A stretch of 64,000 nt of DNA from positions 1,504,001-1,568,000 of the forward strand of contig OY970355.1 of the NCBI GenBank assembly GCA_963718525.1, written 5' to 3'. Origin of the DNA: Candidatus Dormiibacterota bacterium (GTDB taxonomy: Bacteria; Chloroflexota; Dormibacteria; Aeolococcales; Aeolococcaceae). Within the stretch, counting starts at the first letter, position 1. Each line of letters opens with the position of its first letter. The position numbers and the translations under genes were made by a program. This document shows positions 58,961-64,000 of the stretch, one piece after another. The notes under the pieces are model-generated. The model was not told where the DNA came from. It searched no databases and saw nothing but the letters and a program-made list of their open reading frames with translations.

Positions 58961-60399
58961 TGTCCGGCGTCGAGCGGCTGACGGTAGGCGACCCGTCGTC
59001 GGCCGTGCCAACGCTGGCTGCGCACGGCGTCGCCGCGGCACATGAGGCGTACGGACAAGCGGGCCTCCTCGACCCGCATATCCGTCCGATCCAGCAGGGC
59101 GCGCGCCTGGCCGGTCCAGCTGTCACCGTGCTCTGCCCGGCCGGCGACAACCTGATGATCCATATGGCCGTCGAGCAGTGCCGCCCCGGCGACGTGCTGG
59201 TGGTCGCGACCGTGCCGCCCGGCGACGCCTCTGGCGTGATCGGCGAGCTGCTCGCGACCGCACTGCGCGCACACGGGGTCGTTGCCGCGATCGTCGATGC
59301 GGGGGTCCGCGATATCGCCGAGCTGCGGGCCATGGCCTTCCCCGTCTGGTCGCGATGGATCACCGCGCAGGGAACGACGAAGCGCGGCGCCGGCAACGTG
59401 AATCGCCCGGTGGTGTGTGGGGGACAGGCGGTCACTCCCGGTGACATCATCGTCGCCGACGACGATGGAGTTGCGTGTGTCGCTGCAGCGTCGGCCATTG
59501 AGGTGGCCCGAGGTGTTGTTGAGCGAGTTGCCCACGAGAGCTCGATGCGTGCGCGCCTGGCAGCTGGGGAGTTGAGCGCCGACATCCTCGAGCTGCGAGA
59601 TGGGGGCATCCGCGTAGGGACCGAGTTCTGGCGAGCAGTGATTCACCTGGACGCGGCGCGGCTGCTTCTGGTCGCTGTCGCGGCGCTCGTCGCGGGCGCG
59701 GTGAATGCGGTTGCCGGAGGCGGAACCCTGTTGTCGTTTCCGGCACTGCTGCTGCTCGGATTCCCGGCGCTGACGGCGAACGTCACCAGTACGCTCGGTT
59801 TGCTCCCGGGGTACGCGGGAGGCAGCATCGCGTATCGCGAGGAGCTCGGTGTGCAGCGCGACCGGGTGCGCTTTCTCGCGCCCATCAGCGTGGCCGGCGC
59901 GATCGTCGGCGCGATCGTCCTGACGCGAACGTCGAACCACGTCTTTGCCGCGATCGTCCCGTGGCTGATCCTTGCTGCTTGCGCGTTGCTCCTGCTCCAG
60001 CCGGTGGTCACGTCGCGGGTCCGTGCACGCCGACCGGTTCGCGAGCAGCACCGTTCGCCCCTTCTCGCGGTGGCCCAGTTCGTCGGCGGAATCTACGGTG
60101 CGTTCTTCGGCGCGGGCCTGGGCGTGATGATGCTTGCTGTACTCGGTCTGTTCATCCGAGATGACCTCCAGCGGCTCAACGCGCTCAAAGGCATGATGTC
60201 GCTGGTCATCAACGTGGTCGCGGCGATCTATTTCGCTTTCTTCGGACCGGTGTCGTGGATCGCCGTCCTGGTCATGGTGCCGATGAGCGCGGCGGGCGGG
60301 TTCATCGGCGTCGCGCTGGCTCGCCGCCTCCACCCCGTGGTGCTGCGCACCGTGGTGGTTGCTCTCGGTGTTGCCTTCGCGCTCCACCTGCTCCTGTAG
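58960..60399 (+). CDS. HMG/CHA aldolase (RraA-like) in frame with a TauE/SafE exporter (fusion or artefact)
   Basis: GDNL..H, GELLA, GVRD, PGD.IVADDDG; then NAVAGGG, YGAFFGAG, NALK from GTG 59638. Confidence 0.8.
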   Translation: MSGVERLTVGDPSSAVPTLAAHGVAAAHEAYGQAGLLDPHIRPIQQGARLAGPAVTVLCPAGDNLMIHMAVEQCRPGDVLVVATVPPGDASGVIGELLATALRAHGVVAAIVDAGVRDIAELRAMAFPVWSRWITAQGTTKRGAGNVNRPVVCGGQAVTPGDIIVADDDGVACVAAASAIEVARGVVERVAHESSMRARLAAGELSADILELRDGGIRVGTEFWRAVIHLDAARLLLVAVAALVAGAVNAVAGGGTLLSFPALLLLGFPALTANVTSTLGLLPGYAGGSIAYREELGVQRDRVRFLAPISVAGAIVGAIVLTRTSNHVFAAIVPWLILAACALLLLQPVVTSRVRARRPVREQHRSPLLAVAQFVGGIYGAFFGAGLGVMMLAVLGLFIRDDLQRLNALKGMMSLVINVVAAIYFAFFGPVSWIAVLVMVPMSAAGGFIGVALARRLHPVVLRTVVVALGVAFALHLLL

Positions 60400-60406
60400 A
60401 CGGCAC

Positions 60407-61081
60407 TCAGGACAGCCGCCGGTCCGTCGCCCAGCGAGTCAGTTGATGGCGCGTCGAAAGCTGGAGCTTGCGCAACACCGAGGACACGTGGCTCTCGACC
60501 GTCTTCGCGGAGATGAAGAGCTCGCGCGCGATCTCCTTGTAGGTGAAGCCGCGCGCGATCAGGCGCAGCACCTCCCGTTCGCGCGGTGTCAACTGGTCGA
60601 GCTCGGGGTCGAACGCAGGACGCTCCTGGTCCGCGGCGGGAAGCGCGGCGAAGGCGTCGAGAACGAATCCGGCCAGGCGCGGCGAGAAGACAGCCTCGCC
60701 GGCGGCGACACGGTGCACCGCGTCCACGAGGTCCACACCTGAGATGGTCTTGGTCACGTAGCCGCGGGCGCCGGCGCGGATGATCGCGATGACATCCTCG
60801 GGCGCGTCGGATGCGGACAGCGCGAGGAATCGCACGTGCGGGTGGCTGGATTTCAGCGCGGTCACTACCGCACGTCCGCCCCCGCCCGGGAGATGGACAT
60901 CAAGGAGCACCACGTCGGGCTCCGAGCTCGCGATCCCGGCGATCGCAGGTGCGACGTCGTCCGCTTCGCCGATCACCTCGACCTGGGTACCGAGCTCTGA
61001 CCGTACCCCGGAGCGGAAGAGGCTGTGATCGTCGACGATGAAAACTCGGGGCCGTTGACGGTCTCCGATCGGTGCTGTCAT
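60407..61081 (-). CDS. NarL/LuxR family response regulator
   Basis: VDDH, LLDVHLP, GYVTK, LTPREREVL HTH. Confidence 0.93.
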   Translation of the reverse strand: MTAPIGDRQRPRVFIVDDHSLFRSGVRSELGTQVEVIGEADDVAPAIAGIASSEPDVVLLDVHLPGGGGRAVVTALKSSHPHVRFLALSASDAPEDVIAIIRAGARGYVTKTISGVDLVDAVHRVAAGEAVFSPRLAGFVLDAFAALPAADQERPAFDPELDQLTPREREVLRLIARGFTYKEIARELFISAKTVESHVSSVLRKLQLSTRHQLTRWATDRRLS

Positions 61082-62376
61082 CCGGGGGGTGGGGGAGGTG
61101 GCGGCTCCGGGGCTGGTGGTGGCGGCGGCGATGCGCCAACCCCCACAGCACGGGTCATGGTCAGGCGGACCTCCGTGCCCTCTCCAGGAACGCTCTGGAC
61201 TGTGGCGGTGGCGCCGTGGCGGGTCATCCTTGCTCGGATGGACTCCGACACCCCCCGGCGATCGGCCGGCACAACCATGGGATCGAAGCCGCGTCCGCGG
61301 TCGCGTACGAAGAGGGACACCTCGGCCGCCTCCACCTCGGCGTAGATCGAGATCACCTGGACTCCCGACCACTTTGCTGCGTTGACCGTCGCCTCTCGGG
61401 CGGCGGCCAGCATCGCCTGGAGATCCTCGTCAAGTGCGCAGTCGCCAACGGTGACCACTTCCACGGTGACGCCGTGCTGGGCCTCGACGTCACTCTGGAT
61501 GAGCCGAACGCCGCCGGCGAAGGTGGTGTCCGCGCCGAGCGACCCGGGCGCGCGACCATCGAACAGCCAGGATCGCAACTCACGCTCCTGGGCGCGGGCA
61601 AGCTGGATCACCTGCTGTGGCTCTGCGGCTCGATGCTGGATGAGCGCGAGCGTCTGGAGCACCGAGTCGTGCACCCTCGACGCCATGTCGGCGCGCTCCT
61701 CGGCGCGGACCCGAGCCTGTCGCTCGTCAACCAGGTCACGGCCGACCCGAAGCCACCACGGTCCGAGCACCACCACCATCGCTGCGATGACCAGGGCGAC
61801 CCCCGCCAGGGGGCGGAACACCGCAGCGCTGGTGTGTCCGAGGAGCAGCGTCGTGACCCCGGCGATCAGGAGCAGGCTCGCGACCAGCGCGCGTAGAGCC
61901 ACGCGCGATCGGCGGGTGTCGCCAGTGAAGCCGATGAACGGATCCGCAAGACGCCGCAGGGTCACCTGCTCATCCACAGGAGCGTTTCTCGAGATCAGGA
62001 CGATCGCGACGACGCTGATCACCACCGACCAGGCAAACGAGCCGATCCAGCCCACGCCGACCAGCGACATCAGCACGAGCACGGCGATGAGCAGGGACGC
62101 GAGTCCGGTGGCCAGGGTGATCCCGGTCCGGTCGGTCATCGCTGCGCTGCCGATGTTGGTCCGCTCACCGACGGCCGGAATCAGGAGCCACGCCACCAGA
62201 TAGCATGCGATCCCGGACCCGCCCGCGAGGGCGAAGAGGACGAAGACGGTTCGCACCACCGTGACATCGACACCGGTCCTGGCAGCGACTCCGGCAGCCA
62301 CGCCGCCCAGACGGCGCTGCTCCGGGACGCGGCGCCACGAACCCCGACGCCTCTTGGTCCGCGCTTGCTCCGCCAT
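61078..62376 (-). CDS. PspC-domain sensor histidine kinase
   Basis: GGVAAGVA PspC; HDSVLQTLALIQ, NAAK, RDRGRGF. Confidence 0.92.
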   Translation of the reverse strand: MAEQARTKRRRGSWRRVPEQRRLGGVAAGVAARTGVDVTVVRTVFVLFALAGGSGIACYLVAWLLIPAVGERTNIGSAAMTDRTGITLATGLASLLIAVLVLMSLVGVGWIGSFAWSVVISVVAIVLISRNAPVDEQVTLRRLADPFIGFTGDTRRSRVALRALVASLLLIAGVTTLLLGHTSAAVFRPLAGVALVIAAMVVVLGPWWLRVGRDLVDERQARVRAEERADMASRVHDSVLQTLALIQHRAAEPQQVIQLARAQERELRSWLFDGRAPGSLGADTTFAGGVRLIQSDVEAQHGVTVEVVTVGDCALDEDLQAMLAAAREATVNAAKWSGVQVISIYAEVEAAEVSLFVRDRGRGFDPMVVPADRRGVSESIRARMTRHGATATVQSVPGEGTEVRLTMTRAVGVGASPPPPPAPEPPPPPPPG

Positions 62377-62505
62377 GCAGCCATCATGGGCCTCGCAAGC
62401 GGCCCCGGCTATTGGGGAACACCCTGAGCCGATCGCGGACATCTCGGGGTCGAACCCGGGTACTTCCCGATTGTTCGACAGTGGCAGAGGCCCTACGGTA
62501 GGGGC

Positions 62506-62784
62506 ATGAACACACCCCCGCCGCCCCCACCGGTCGACAGCACCCGCCGCCCCCTCCACCGTCCGACGAAAGATCGGATGATCGCGGGCGTCGCAGCCGG
62601 CCTCGCTCAGTACCTTGACGTTGATGTCACGATCGTCCGGATCATCATCGCCGTGCTCGTCGTCTGCGGCGGAGCAGGCGTCGCCCTCTACATCGCCGGC
62701 TGGCTGCTGATGCCCAACGAAGGCTCGGAGCGATCGATCGCGAGCAAGCTCACCGGGACGCATCGCGCCAGCCCGGAGTCATGA
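62506..62784 (+). CDS. pspC: PspC domain protein
   Basis: DRMIAGVAAGLAQYLDVD.TIVR...YIAGWLLMP. Confidence 0.9.
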   Translation: MNTPPPPPPVDSTRRPLHRPTKDRMIAGVAAGLAQYLDVDVTIVRIIIAVLVVCGGAGVALYIAGWLLMPNEGSERSIASKLTGTHRASPES

Positions 62785-62827
62785 ACCGGTGCGGGAATCG
62801 GAGGAAGCGGACCGTGGACTCCCGGCG

Positions 62828-64000
62828 GTGACCACGCAATGGGCTCCGCCCGCGGTGGCGCCCCAGCCGCAGTCGCGGGCCGGCGCAGTAGTGCTGATCG
62901 TTGTCGGCAGCGTCCTGGCACTGATGTCCGTGGGGTTGCTGGGCGCCGGCGGCTTTCTCATGTGGGCCGACCATACCCAGCGTGACGCATCCGGATATCT
63001 GACCTCGGGGACAGGGCCGATCTCCGCACCGACCTATGCAATCGCGAGTCCCAATGTCGACCTGAATTTCTCGAGCCGTGCGTGGCCGGACACCCAGGCC
63101 GCTCTCGGCAAGGTGCGCATCACGGCATCCAGCGCATCGCCGGCGGGCGTCTTCATCGGGATCGCGCCACGTGCCGACGCACTTCGCTACCTCAACGGCG
63201 TTGCGTACGACGGACTCTCGGATCTCCGTTTCCTACCGTACCGGGTCACGCTCACGCCACATGGCGGCGGCGCGCCCGCGGCTCCCACGTCGCAAGCCTT
63301 CTGGCGGGCGGAAGCATCGGGGACCGGGACACAGACTCTCACCTGGCCGGTCGCATCGGGGCAGTGGATCGTCATCTTGATGAACGCTGACGGTTCACGA
63401 GGGATCGCGGCCGATGTATCTGTCGGGGCCACCGCCCCGTTCCTGTACGGGATTGCGCTCGCCCTGCTCATCGGAGGAGGCATCGCGCTGGTGGTGGCAC
63501 TGGTGCTGCTCATCCTCGGGATTGGGATGCTCAACCGGCGACAGCGCAACGCACAGTCGCCCGCCGGTCTCCCGCTGCCACCACCGGTGCCGGCGCCATC
63601 GGCTCCGCTCAGCTATCCGCTCCTCTTGGAGGGCCACCTCGACGAGCCCATGAGTCGCTGGCTGTGGCTCGTGAAGTGGGTGCTGCTCGTGCCGCACTAC
63701 ATCGTCCTGTGGTTCCTGTTCATCGCGATGTTCGTGCTCACGGTGATCGCCTTCTTCGCCATTCTCTTCACCGGGCGGTATCCGCGTGCGATCTTCGATT
63801 TCAACGTCGGGGTGCTGCGCTGGGCTTGGCGCGTCGGCTTCTACGGCTACAGCGCACTCGGCACCGACCGCTATCCACCGTTCAGCTTCGCGGCGGACGC
63901 CAACTATCCGGCAACGCTCGACGTGCCGTATCCCGAGCACCTGTCGCGGGGCTTGGTGCTCATCAAGTGGTGGTTGCTCGCGATTCCTCAGTACGTCGTC
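62828..64000 (+). CDS. DUF4389-like membrane protein, 3'-truncated by the window edge (absent from ORF track)
   Basis: Frame from GTG 62828: QRDASGYL...MNADGS...SRWLWLVKWVLLVPHY...GTDRYPPF. Confidence 0.85.
   Translation, partial: MTTQWAPPAVAPQPQSRAGAVVLIVVGSVLALMSVGLLGAGGFLMWADHTQRDASGYLTSGTGPISAPTYAIASPNVDLNFSSRAWPDTQAALGKVRITASSASPAGVFIGIAPRADALRYLNGVAYDGLSDLRFLPYRVTLTPHGGGAPAAPTSQAFWRAEASGTGTQTLTWPVASGQWIVILMNADGSRGIAADVSVGATAPFLYGIALALLIGGGIALVVALVLLILGIGMLNRRQRNAQSPAGLPLPPPVPAPSAPLSYPLLLEGHLDEPMSRWLWLVKWVLLVPHYIVLWFLFIAMFVLTVIAFFAILFTGRYPRAIFDFNVGVLRWAWRVGFYGYSALGTDRYPPFSFAADANYPATLDVPYPEHLSRGLVLIKWWLLAIPQYVV

Noticed and set aside
61081-61145. G-rich repeat-like tract
   Set aside because: Explained by the poly-proline C-terminal tail of the histidine kinase on the minus strand

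Overview
High-GC bacterial chromosomal window. Gene content (form I CO dehydrogenase, LigC, PspC-linked two-component system, Flp pilin, many apparently leaderless genes) suggests a soil Actinobacteria/Chloroflexi/Dormibacterota-like organism; this is an inference. (1) 1-7657 is the right arm of an integrated phage-related element ending in a 3' half of tRNA-Arg(ACG) (attR-like). It carries a TOPRIM protein, an AAA helicase-like gene with an internal iteron-like palindrome, RusA, a MuF/prohead-protease fusion, a degenerate HNH, a TerS-like protein, a TasA-like exported protein, tiny membrane peptides and an XRE regulator. No capsid, portal, TerL or tail gene is visible in the part shown, so it looks satellite-like. 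(2) 7.7-24.6 kb holds housekeeping and amino-acid genes: ligC, kynA, frameshifted kynU, a MocR regulator, SSADH, a HemK paralogue, an aromatic amino acid decarboxylase, a CBS-citrate synthase fusion and an Flp pilin. (3) 24.7-49.6 kb is a CO-oxidation supercluster: Moco synthesis, coxMSL (AYRCSFR), coxDEG, two XdhC proteins (one YHS-fused), mocA, modABC plus a TOBE regulator, SCO and a copper operon. That operon is preceded by a membrane leader ending in RRPPP whose 3' end can base-pair over the next ribosome-binding site, a candidate ribosome-stalling metal switch. (4) 49.6-64 kb encodes a hydrolase, VOC protein, ChrA, a GntR-regulated Liv-type ABC/FAH/HMG-aldolase-TauE operon, the PspC two-component system and a DUF4389-like protein. 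All calls come from motif recognition by eye; no database searches were run.
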